In this document: positions 11,362-22,156 of the stretch, one piece after another
How positions within the stretch are numbered: position 1 is the first letter of the stretch
Layout: every line of letters starts with the position of its first letter
Origin: Amoeboaphelidium protococcarum X5
Taxonomy: Eukaryota > Fungi > Aphelidiomycota
Direction: 5' to 3'
Length of the DNA: 37,411 bases
Assembly (NCBI GenBank): GCA_023515725.1
Contig: JALDTO010000135.1
Location: 1-37,411, forward strand
Notes under the pieces: model-generated
Database searches by the model: none
Told to the model about the DNA's origin: nothing
The model's input: only the letters and a program-made list of their open reading frames with translations
Made by a program: the position numbers and the translations under genes

Positions 11362-12474
11362 ATGTCGAGCAGAAAACGAAAGATATTGACTGATCCGCCA
11401 TCTTCCTCGAAAGCAGCCAAGATCAGTGCACCTGTGACTACGGAGGTATCCGTTATTGAGAAGCGTCGAGAGTCTTGGAAATTATCGGACGACGATGCAA
11501 ATTCTGCCATGGCTCTGATGAAGGCGGATGGGTTGACAGAAGAAGAGATGCAGGACGATTTGCGTGTTTTCCTGTATGCAAAGGGTATTATGCGAGACGA
11601 GAAGCCTGTGGTGAGGAAAACGAAATTCAATGATTTGCTCAACCCAAATGGCTCCGTTGAGGCGCGCAAGAAATTGACATTGGCCCGTGAGCGACTCAGA
11701 AGGATTGTTGTTAAAGGAGAGGTGGGCAAGAATTTCGACGATGAGGGGACTTTGTTTGATGCTTTTGTTGCCAAGCATCCTGAATGGGGTCCCGAAAATA
11801 GTTATGTGATTTTCCGCGATCATGAGTTACTCAAGGACAAGCCCCATGCCTACGTGGAACGCGTTCAGCTAAGCGGTTTATGTTATACGCACGCACCGGT
11901 CATTCTTTAGCATTATCTTGTCGCCATGTTTTCCGATGATGCCGTTCCGATGCTTGATATGGCTGTTTACTTGAAGAAGCACATGTCTGCGATCTAATTG
12001 GAGCGTCGTATTTGGTATGATGAGGGTGGTGACTCATAAACATTCCTGAAGAGCATTTTAATGCAACAGCCTGCGCCCGTGTTGCTTCCACGCGCGGCAA
12101 CAGACGAAATCGAATCATACTTGAAGTCGTTTGGCCCCGCATTAATTTCAAGGTTTGAAGTCGAAGAAGCGTTTGATTCAGCAGATTGGTAACACCTCGG
12201 AGCTTTGACGACTGCGTTAAATGGATTTCACGCTATGGTTCTTGTTGGCGTTAGAAAGGAGGGTGATTCTATGAGGTATCTTATTTAGAATTGGTGGAAG
12301 AAGAAGGCATTTGTTGAGGTGGACGGATAATACTTGCTTGCTTGCGGAGCTGCTGTCCACTTTGTCCAGACGCGTCATACTGCTATGGGTGCATTTCCGA
12401 CCAACGCTCACGATCATGTTGAATGCGAAATGTTGGACGCACAAGAAACACATTATTTAGAAGGTAGTTTCTGA
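11362..12474 (+). CDS. Papain-like (clan CA) cysteine peptidase, 370 aa, no signal peptide
   Basis: With TAR=Gln the frame continues past 11910 to TGA 12472-12474. Oxyanion Q and catalytic C in RVQLSGLCY, His in FHAMVLVG, Asn in RYLI(Q)NWW. N-terminal basic NLS-like RKRK. Confidence 0.8.
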
Positions 12475-13394
12475 AGAAATAAATTTAAATGTATATTTTA
12501 TTGTTTTAGTTAGACGCGTTTATAAAATCAACATATTCTTCTTTTTAAATAAGTATAGGATGTTATAACATAGACTCTTTAAATTTCATGTCAAACTCAC
12601 TTTAGTATTCTTGACAACTTAAGTCACACACTTGTCACAGGCTCTCCAATTCTTGAAAGAGTCCCTATTACTTGTACTCACATCTGACGTGCTCAATGCA
12701 CTCAAAACATCTTAAATAACCAAACGATACTGCGAATAATCCACATAAACAATCATCGGACGCCACATGCACATACACTATGCATCTTTTGCAACGAATA
12801 TCCTCCTGCAACTTGATTAGCTGACAAAGTTAACTGCAGTAGCCTTCGATTCAGCGACAGCCGCTGAATCTTCTGGTATTACAAGATCAATCGATTATAA
12901 ATGCAACTACATCTCTTGTATCTGCTTATCAATAGACGATAAATGATGATGGAGTAAGACTTGCGTGTGTAAAGCTTTTTCAAGTTTATCGCAGAATTTA
13001 GATGAATCTTCTTCATAACTCTGAGGCAATCTTCTGTATGCATGTCTCACTGCAAGTGGAATTGCATATTTAAAAGCTTCCAACAGAGAGCCACCATTGA
13101 GAGAATCATCAAATTTGAACACAAGTCCAGTCCACAAGGGAATATCTTTCAGATGATACGTGACACTCAAACAGCTATCTGTCATTATTTACGACAGACA
13201 CATGAAATCTTGACGATTAGACAATACATAATCCCATAGACTACAACTCGGTCTTTCATTGAAAATCCGACTACGTACACGCTCCCAATTTCCAGTAAAC
13301 TAAAATAAATCTTTTTCATACACAGCTTGATAAACTCCTTGCAATAACAACTCATTAAACTCAAGGGTACTGTTGCCTCATCATCAAGTGACAA

Positions 13395-13925
13395 CATTCT
13401 ATTAAGTTGTGGAGTGTGGCGCGGCACAACATCAAGTAATATATCCTTTACTTTACACTAATCTTTGACATCTTACTTGATGTACTCACCACTTCTGTCA
13501 CACTTTACAGTGTCTACTTTGTGATTTGGACACTCAACTTCCATTCGAGTCTAAATCGCCTTCAACTCTTTTCCAGATGATTCCTTATCATGAAGTAATG
13601 ACAAATGCGCGTAACCAGTGTAATCATCAACAACAACTAAAGTATATTTGTTGTGATTTGGTGTTTGAGTTTTCATTGGGCCCATCAAATCAGTATGAAC
13701 AACCTCTAAAGGACGTGTTGAGCGCAGTCTTCCAGTAATAGCCGCATACGAACGACGAGTCATCTTAGACTTGACACAACTCATACAATCAGCGCATGTC
13801 ATTAAAGAATCTGCATCTGACAAATCTAGTTTCCACTTGTTAAACTTACCACGCGCAATCATGTCTTTCAGCAGCTTGAAATTTTCATGACTACAGCGTT
13901 CATGTATCTACTAGAGAGTCACAAA
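13395..13925 (-). mobile_element. Ty1/copia retrotransposon fragment (GAG-pre-integrase plus integrase core)
   Basis: IHERCSH...CMSCVKSK (HHCC), RPLEVVHTDLMGP, KYTLVVVDDYTGY, HTPQLN. No RT or paired LTRs in the window. Confidence 0.88.
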
Positions 13926-13989
13926 TTTTGATCGTTGAGACAGAATCATAACGTATATTGCAGTTTAGTCTGATCGCGTACTTACCAGA

Positions 13990-14006
13990 CTTACAATGTA
14001 GGTAGG
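13990..14006. repeat. Short remnant of the palindromic element core
   Basis: CTTACAATGTAGGTAGG, identical to the element core. Confidence 0.5.
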
Positions 14007-14183
14007 TTCCTAGTACTTACAGGGGTAGCTAAAGACTGATCGTCTAGGGTCAGTTATATTTTAATAGAGTTACGGTAACTCTCCTTAGGAGCCTCGATCA
14101 CATCATATTTGAGTTGCCCCGCCCTCTCGTCCTCTTCTAATCACCAATTAACACTTTTCACATCCAGTATATTAAACAGCAAT

Positions 14184-15380
14184 ATGATCAAGAGTTTTTT
14201 ATCTTTGGCATTACTCGCAATCGTCTAATCTGCTCCTACTCATGGCAATGACGCCTATGATGTCGTTCCTGGTGAGTACATTGTTGGCCTCAAAATGGCC
14301 GAGACTATGGACAGCTGCAGCTTCATTGATGATCATTTATAGCGCGTCTTTGGCCTGAGTGCATCTGCAGAGTCCGCTCATAATCCTGTGTTGCACAAGT
14401 ATTCGTTTGGTTATGCTGCGAAGATGGACGATTACCTAATCGACATGGTGCGCGGAATGCCTGAGGTTGATATCGTTGAACCCAACTGCATTGGTCATGT
14501 GGTAGGGAAGCAATCTAATCCTCAGAATTGGGGATTGAAACGCATTTCTTAACGTAGGGATAACTGGTTCCATAGAACCTACTCTTATCCTGATCACGCT
14601 GGCAATGGAACCACTGTGTATATCATTGATACTGGCGTTGATGTAGATCATTCCGAGTTTAAGCGGGCTGATGGTAGTTCCAATGCTCGTCATGGTGTAT
14701 CCTTTATTAGAGGCGTTGATACTGACGATCACGGTCATGGAACTCACGTTGGCAGTACTGTTGGTGGTCTGCTGTCTGGTGTTGCAAAGAGCGCCGAGAT
14801 TGTTGGCATAAAAGTATGTGATAGTAAAGCCCGCTGTGCATTGTCTGATGCTATTGCTGGTATTGAGTTTGCAATTAAAGACCGTGCTCGAAAGGGTCGT
14901 ACTGAAACTGACATTGCCAACGTGTCCCTTGGATGGGCTTACACGTAGAGGTCCCTGGAGCGTGCCATGAAGGCTGCTACCGATAGTGGTATCTTGTTTG
15001 CTGTAGCTGCCGGCAATTCTTAATAAGATGCTTGTTACAGTTCTCCTTCTTAATTTAGCGTCGTGGTGACTGTCGCTGCATCTTCGTTTTGGGACAATGA
15101 GGCTTCTTTCACCAACTATGGAGATTGTTGCGATCTGTATGCGCCTGGTGTGTTTATCAAGGCTGGTATTCCTGGCAATAGGTTTGAGTCTATGTCTGGT
15201 ACTTCTATGGCATCTCCACACGTTGCTGGAGCATTAGCTTTACTGGCATCTGGAAACAAGGGCGCTAGTGTTGATAAGCTGAGGAGTCTGCTGTTGGAAT
15301 AAGCAACGAAGGATGTGATCAACGTTGAGTCATCCCATTAAGGCACTCCTAATAAGCTTCTGTTTGTCAGTCCGCAGTGA
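14184..15380 (+). CDS. Secreted subtilisin-like serine protease (S8, proteinase K type) with I9 propeptide, 398 aa
   Basis: Signal peptide MIKSFLSLALLAIV; propeptide VPGEYIV; NWGLKRIS(Q)R; IIDTG, HGHGTHV, AAGNS, SGTSMASPHVAG. About 10 in-frame TAA/TAG, no frameshift, ends at TGA. Confidence 0.95.
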
Positions 15381-15886
15381 GAATTTTGTATTTGGTGCCA
15401 GTATATCAGTGTACTGAAAGAAGACAGTAATAAATAGTCAAGTCCAACCGATTCACGGTTTTATTCTACTTTCACTATCGTTCCTAATCAGATAACTCGG
15501 CAAAGGGATTGCGTTCTTCGTAAGTTTTTTATGAATAATCAGCTAGGACTCATGCATGACATCTCAACACCTCCAGATGTCTTAGACGTTCTGAATGGCT
15601 GAGCTGCTGGATGTTGATAGTTCCCGAGACTCGTATAAAGGATGGGAATTTCCCACGCCTAACGGCGCAAAGACTCACTCGCTGGGCTCATGCTTCTTTG
15701 CACCATTACAGCTAAATAAATAGAATCTTACTTGTTTGCTCGTTCTTTCTTTGCCTTCCAGTCAGATTATCAATTAGTGCTGCCAATCAACAGCTTTTGA
15801 TTAATGGTAGGTCTCTATTTGTTAGATGGTTTGACTATCTCGCATATCGCGGCGTCTGCAAGTGGTTGAAGTCCTAATCTAGGGGT

Positions 15887-16027
15887 CCTATTCATATAAT
15901 ATACCTACTTACAATGTAGGTACCTACCTACCTACATTGTAACTATATAGTTAAAATTGAAAAAACTAGGTAGGTACCTACATTGTAAGTAGGTATATTA
16001 TATGAATAGGTATATTATATGAATAGG
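15887..16027. mobile_element. MITE-like palindromic element, perfect 44-bp terminal inverted repeats (15887-15930 / 15967-16010) plus a 17-bp tandem duplication of the right end
   Basis: CCTATTCATATAATATACCTACTTACAATGTAGGTACCTACCTA and its exact reverse complement flank a 36-bp spacer. Confidence 0.85.
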
Positions 16028-16500
16028 TGTTTCTCTACGCTAAGGATACAATACGGGAAATATGTAATTTGGTGCGGGTAATGGAGTTTACTTGTCTACT
16101 CAAATCCTGATAGTGCTATGGTTTCCGAAGTAGCTTGTAAGAAACTGCGACAGGCTCTTGTAAGACTCAAAAGTATTGTTGAGACAGAAGAAGTGGGTAC
16201 GAATTTCGGCGATGAGGGTCAGGCTCCTTTACTTATTAGTTTCGTATTTCAGCCTCCTGAATGGGGCCGCGGGAAAAAGTTTTGTTGTATTTCGAGATCA
16301 CTGTTTGCTCAAGGACAAACCACATGTCTATTGGAACGCGTATAGCCTAGCGGTCTATGCAGTATGCACGCTCCCGTTGTTCTTCAACACTATCTGGTAG
16401 CCATGAGTCCCAATGATTCAGTGCCGATGCGCAATATGGCTGTATACTGGAAATAGTATATGTCTGCGAAACAATTGGAAATGTTTATTTTTGATAATGA
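16027..16500 (+). pseudogene. Truncated, frameshifted paralogue of the papain-like peptidase at 11362
   Basis: VFLYAK, NFGDEG, VVFRDHCLLKDKPH, ERV(Q)PSGLCSMHAPVVLQHYLVAM align with the intact copy. It begins at the end of the palindromic element. Confidence 0.85.
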
Positions 16501-16620
16501 TAAGCTATTTGCCATTTTTTGCATTAGTTATTACCCTGATAGTGAAACAACAGGATTGAGCAATGCAATTTAACTCACTGTATTGAAGCCATACTGTAAT
16601 CACAATCCCAATCTCAGCTA

Positions 16621-18186
16621 TCAATCAAGATCCAAGTCAACAAATTCAACAATTCTGCCGTCCGCTTTCTCAGCCATTTCAAAGTCAATAATGCGGACGC
16701 GTCCACTACTGTCGACGGTCATATTCGCAGGTCTCAAATCTCCATGTCTATAACCAAGAGCATGGATTTTATCAAGAGCCTCTTGAACATCAGCTTCGCG
16801 TTCACTATACTACTCAGTAGTCATAGATTATCCAACATTTTCCAACACGATAACCAGCAGCATACTGCATAAAGTACCGTACGCGATAAATCGTGGAATC
16901 ACCGTGCCTTGCAAAGATTCTAGAGCCTTGTACACTTCAACCTCATTATTAAACTATTCTAATGCATCTGGTTTCTTTGACAAGTCCACAGTCTTGAAAA
17001 TGACTCCTACTTCATCTGCATAATTGCCTATAGCAACCGCGCCAAATCTACCGCGATAAATTATATTCGTCCAATGGCAGTAAGCATTCAGATCGACTGA
17101 CTAGTAATTAACTACACGAGCTTTTCCGATGAGAGCCGGACTAACGACCTTGCTGCTATGCGGTGAAGCGTACATCCAATCATTAGCAGAGCTCTCAATC
17201 AAAGACAGCAAGTAGATCCATGCAGCTACTAATGTGTACGGCTATCTCTAAGAACATTTGATGACAGGAGAACACTCCAACACTGATCTCCCTTCCTGTT
17301 CAGGATCATCAACTTTGCGAAGAAACACCGTCTCATTAAATGTAGTAAGAACACCATAGCGATGGCGATTTAGAGTCATGTAGACGTAGACCTACTCAAC
17401 CGCTCTTATGATCTTACCTTTTTCAACCTTATCAGCAGCGTCGGTGCGCTTTTACTTCCTAGTCTCAAAGTCAACGTATTCTTAATTGTATCTCGGAATC
17501 AAATCAACAAGACTTTTAATCGCCCAAGGAGTCTTTAACTCCACTGTAAGTTTTGGAAGATCTTCATATCTATTGGTAACCCAAACCAGATCTGGGTCTC
17601 CCAATACTTTGACGGCTGATTTAGATACAAATCCGCAGTTACTGCCAAAATACGCGTAGCCTTCATGGCCAGAGAGCGATCGACAGCATTCACTAATTAT
17701 ATTAAGTGGTCGTTTCACGTACTCTGATTAAACTTCAACCTCACTGCATATAAACTCATCTTCTGCCAATGGTACATTTCTACCAAACTTTTAATCAGGT
17801 ACCTGAGCAATGAAATCTACAACCCCTTAGTCAAAGTCGGCCCAGACGCGTAAATCAAGTTGCGTGATATCAGGATACTTTTTGCTTACGCTCGTTGTGG
17901 TCCCTTTGCCACTCGTTTGAAATCCAACACGGCATTCCTTAAGAGTGATATTGACACCATCATAGACAGTCTGCAGCATCTTAATATTTGACTCGACGAG
18001 ATACTGAAAAATGTCATGCCCATGCAAACTATTTTTCTGAATCAGCTACTGTCTAGTTAAAATTAACCAATTCTAATAAGCCAGCAACTGCTTTTCTTCA
18101 AGCTCATTGATCAACTATTCTGGTTTAGGTTACAGAGAGTTTAGATATTCTAAAAGACCTATGATTTCTTTATTTATACTAGACAT
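16621..18186 (-). CDS. Crinkler-type PD-(D/E)xK nuclease-like domain fused to an atypical protein kinase, 521 aa
   Basis: Single ATG-to-TGA frame under table 6: GDPDLVW...TVELKTPW, RAVE(Q)VYVYMTLNRHRYGVLTT, GRFGAV, NEVEVYKALESLQGTVIPRF, HGDLRPAN, RIIDFE. Confidence 0.88.
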
Positions 18187-18599
18187 TGCTTATATTCCAA
18201 CAGATAAATCAGAAAATGACGCCAAGATGGAAGAAAAGTTAATCGTGATTTGAGGGCCAAATCGAAAATTGATCTTTATCCAATCAGTGAAGTGGAGTAA
18301 GTCACGCGTAAAAATTGTGACTGTATACGATTATAATTTTGGCTGTCATAACTATTAATATGGCAGAGCGTGTAAAATGGCATTGCACTTAAAAACAATG
18401 AATTTAAGTAATGCAATATGGCGGGTCACAACTCAGCTACAAAGTTAAAGCAATTGAGCGTCGATTGTCCCAAAAGCAGCTCAGAGCCAGATGAGTGACT
18501 TTTATTTTCTCTTCAGTTCTTCATTGCAAAGTCTTTGATTATTGTCAACGTCTTAAACGATCAAGACAATTTATAATTATGGGCGAATGAAAGTAACTG

Positions 18600-19040
18600 A
18601 AAATTGGTAATGGCGAAGATATCGCTGCATTTGTTAAGAATTTATCATAGTCTTAGACTGTTGCTCCAGGCGATTCCATTTCTTTGCTTGTGTAATCGGC
18701 TAGTGTGAGTGCTTTGAAGTAGAAGTTGCTCTTCAATGGATTTTAAAATGTAGAATCAGCCGACGGTACAGGCAAAGATCAGACTTTGGTAACCGCTATC
18801 CGCTCTTAAGTTTCTCAGGGTGGAGCAAGACCTTTGAAATTGGCAAGGAAGCATGTGAAGGCAAAACCTATTACAGAAGATAATAACAATGATGATTTGA
18901 TTGATGAAAGCGCGCTAATTGATGAAGCTGATTATGTAAAGCATCTGCGTATTCATTCAGAGCTAATTGTGAGACCAAGAAGAAGGCTTGTAAAGATTGC
19001 ACCTGTGGACGTGCTGAAGAGGAATTGTTACGTGTAATCT
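18600..19040 (+). pseudogene. DRE2: Fragment of anamorsin/Dre2 Fe-S assembly protein
   Basis: DDLIDESALIDEAD, then in another frame CETKKKACKDCTCGRAEEE. The second Cys motif (CGNCYLGDAFRC) is absent. Confidence 0.75.
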
Positions 19041-19209
19041 CTTAGAGGGTTAAATGGCACTTTGACAATGAAATTCATCCAATCAGAATAATTCTTGCGA
19101 CTGCTCATGTCGGGTAACATTCCCAGCCTGCCTCTGTTTCACCGAGAAGTGGCTTCTCTTCTTTATTCATCTTCAAAATCATTAATCATTATAACTACCA
19201 CATAAAGCC

Positions 19210-20312
19210 ATGGATACTCAGAAAGATCAAGATAATTTACGTGATAGTGCAAATATATCTTCTGCACGTGATGGTGAGGATATTACTGTCAAGGAGTTGC
19301 TCATCTAGATCCGTTAATAACAAGTTGTTATTACCGAACTATTGGACTACATTTGTTGGCCGCTTGAGAATCAAACGCCTTTTCCGGCGACATCGACGCA
19401 GATAATACCAACGCTTCAAATAGTAATCGTTACTTGCAACATCGATATATTATGCTGCCCATGGATTAGGGGGCTGTCCGGAAACTACGTAGCCATGAAT
19501 CTTGAGATTTGGACCCAGTCCGGTAAATCACCTAATTCCGGTCAGCCTCTTAATGCGGATTGTACCGCGAGACAAGTCCATGTATGTATCTTTGACTTAT
19601 CAGACGGCCTATCTATATTTCAGTTTCTTAGCGCACGATAACATCTAAAGTAGAGGTTTATCGTACACTTGATTTTTCTTGTTTCCGCAATTCCACGACA
19701 TGAAATGAATCCCAAAGACCTTTCTACAGCTTGGCGTGGAGTGGATTTTACCGTCCCATACACGCACACTCCTTCATTTTCTGTAGGCGATTTGTTCTAA
19801 AGTACCTACAGAAGACTTTTCGATATTATAAAATCATCCCCAATTGTCGAGAACGATTTCATTGTGGACTTTGCGCAGGCTGGATTTAAGGACCACTCAC
19901 TGCTGATTAGCAACAGGGTTCATGGCGATTGAGACTCGCCATATTCTGTGGTGAACTGCAAGGAACTGTGATTCCAAGTTTTACGGATATATCGATCTGG
20001 CAGGTTAATTTAATTGATTGATGATTGAAGATCTGGGAAGTAGGTTGGAAGATGAGGATTGCAAGGACATTGAACGTTAAATAGTTGAGAATGTTAAAGC
20101 AATTCTTCCCTTAATGCATCAACTAGGAGTTGCTCATGGCGATATTGCATTGAGAAACATCGTCATTGATCGTGACTTTCTGCATGTGAAACGAGATGGC
20201 GCTCTAAGAATTATTGATTTTGAGCGATGTGTGTTGACAGGTGACAATGATGTGGTCTAATAAGCGCTTGTCTGAATTTGGATGACGCCGAGTAGTTGTT
20301 TCAGAATCGTTG
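19210..20312 (+). pseudogene. Degenerate Crinkler-type atypical kinase gene
   Basis: LQGTVIPSFYGY, MHQLGVAHGDIALRNIV, LRIIDFE, similar to 16621-18186. Frameshifts and TGA stops; 5' boundary approximate. Confidence 0.65.
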
Positions 20313-22156
20313 ATCGCGTGCGTGGTTCTTCTTACTATGATGAAGATCCCATTGTTGTTTACAAATAGTTACATTTGTATTGTAAGAATATATATATATT
20401 ATTTTGCATATATACTCGATTCTTATAGTCTTACAATAGTAAATCGCTTTATCTGGACTATTAATTTAGAACACGTCTTTGATCGTGCAACAGTCGCACG
20501 AAAGTTAGACTTATTATTATCACATGGCCCACATGATAACAGTTTCAGATGGATAGTAACATTCTAGACTAATCAAACGCATTTCCGATGGAATCTATGA
20601 GAGAACTTAGAGTTTTCACCACCAACTATTCTTCATCTTGATAGTCGTAGACATTCATTTGGTCCCGGGTGCATTGTGGAGGATTTAAACAGACAGTATT
20701 CCGGTTGCGACATACTGCACATCGACGTAAACTATTGATAAGACGTGGGAATCCACGAGATCGTAGCACTAAAAAACCTAAGTGCAAGAGTCTCAAATGT
20801 CATTAAGTAAAGGCGACTCTCCTCTAACGACATGTGACATTATGAACATACAGAAACTTCTGCATTCCTAAAACAGCTTGTACGAGGTCATGTTCTGCAC
20901 AATGATTTTAACTGGGTGTAAACTGTTCCTACGAAACACTGAACTGCCCCGATTTAAATTTTTACTCGCGCTCAAATGTGAATAGTGTAAATTGAGGAGT
21001 CGAAGTCTTTCGTGGAGATATAAATGGTATCGCGTTTAATATGAAAGGTAAGAGTCGTGTTCCTTTAACGTTGCAGTCAGACCATGAGGTATCAGAACAA
21101 CGCCATGATCGCTGTTTACTGGCTCACGTCTACTTGTCAAAGCTCAATTTGGATTTTTGTTCACTTCCAAAAGATGGCTACCTGATAACACTGGAATTGG
21201 TGAGTTCAACTGTAATACTAAACCTATCATGATAAGTATAGATCGAACTGTTCATGAGCGCTCGCCAGAGACTTAAATTTGGTTCGCATTCAATTCGGAT
21301 AACTGGCTGCCTTTGGGGGAGAGAAGATGTAGACAATTTTTGCATCTGCGCGCCAGAATACAATTTGGAATGCGCTGTATAGCGCGATGCCTTATCTTAT
21401 GGAGCTAGCAAAAAGGAACTCCCCGTCAATGAAGGCGTAAAAAGTAGTCAATTAATCTCTAACTTTGGACATCAGTGTTAACTTTAATGGCTCCATACAG
21501 TAAAGTAGTTCTTACGCCAGGCGTAGTTGCCGCGATAGTGGTGATTTGTATCCATCCGGTGAGTATGCGGAGTAAGCGAACCGGTATGATAACGTGCATA
21601 ATTCACTTGATGTGTCAAGGACTGAACCAACTACTAAGATAAAACGCGGTAGTAACAATGATTGGGAGGAATAACGAAAGTAAATTAGGCAAGCGTAAAC
21701 AACAGAAGATGACTTGCAATCGCTATTGACATTGGAAATTCCGGATGAAATGAGTAAACTATTTACGGATGCCAGAAAATTTCTCTTATTACAAGTTATC
21801 GGCCAATAAGTAATTTTTGGATTCTTCGTCATGTTAGTGATATATATACACTGAGCTAAAAAGTGCCAAAGTTGGCCCATGGTTAGTATCGTTTGAAGTG
21901 GAGAGTTGCCATCCGTCTGGATAAAAATGAATATTAAGTAGGTGTAAAATTTTAGAACGGCATGATATATGGAAAATATTATTATTATGTTTATCTCAGT
22001 TATAAACCTACTCCTTGCCAACATTTATAACCTGAAAAAATTCAGTTAAGCGCAGTCAAATGCTTATACATATTATCTAGAGTTGTATTCAGTATGAATT
22101 AATGCAAGAAAACAAAGTAGCTTTTTAATACTTATATATCTTTATTCCAAATTCCA

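Noticed and set aside
12560-13390. Continuation of the copia pol gene
   Set aside because: No RT or RNase H motifs seen; the sequence after HTPQLN is unrelated Cys-containing sequence of unknown origin.
14436-15221. 261-aa minus-strand ORF, the longest in the track
   Set aside because: Antisense shadow of the subtilisin. The same applies to 10566-11012, 11349-11774, 35894-36271 and similar ORFs.
15887-16027. CRISPR array or REP-like interpretation of the palindromic repeats
   Set aside because: No regular repeat-spacer periodicity, no cas genes, eukaryotic context.
21041-22024. 170-aa hydrophobic minus-strand ORF and overlapping plus-strand frames
   Set aside because: Non-ATG start, no recognisable motifs, and the competing plus-strand frame has TGA stops; no call is supportable.
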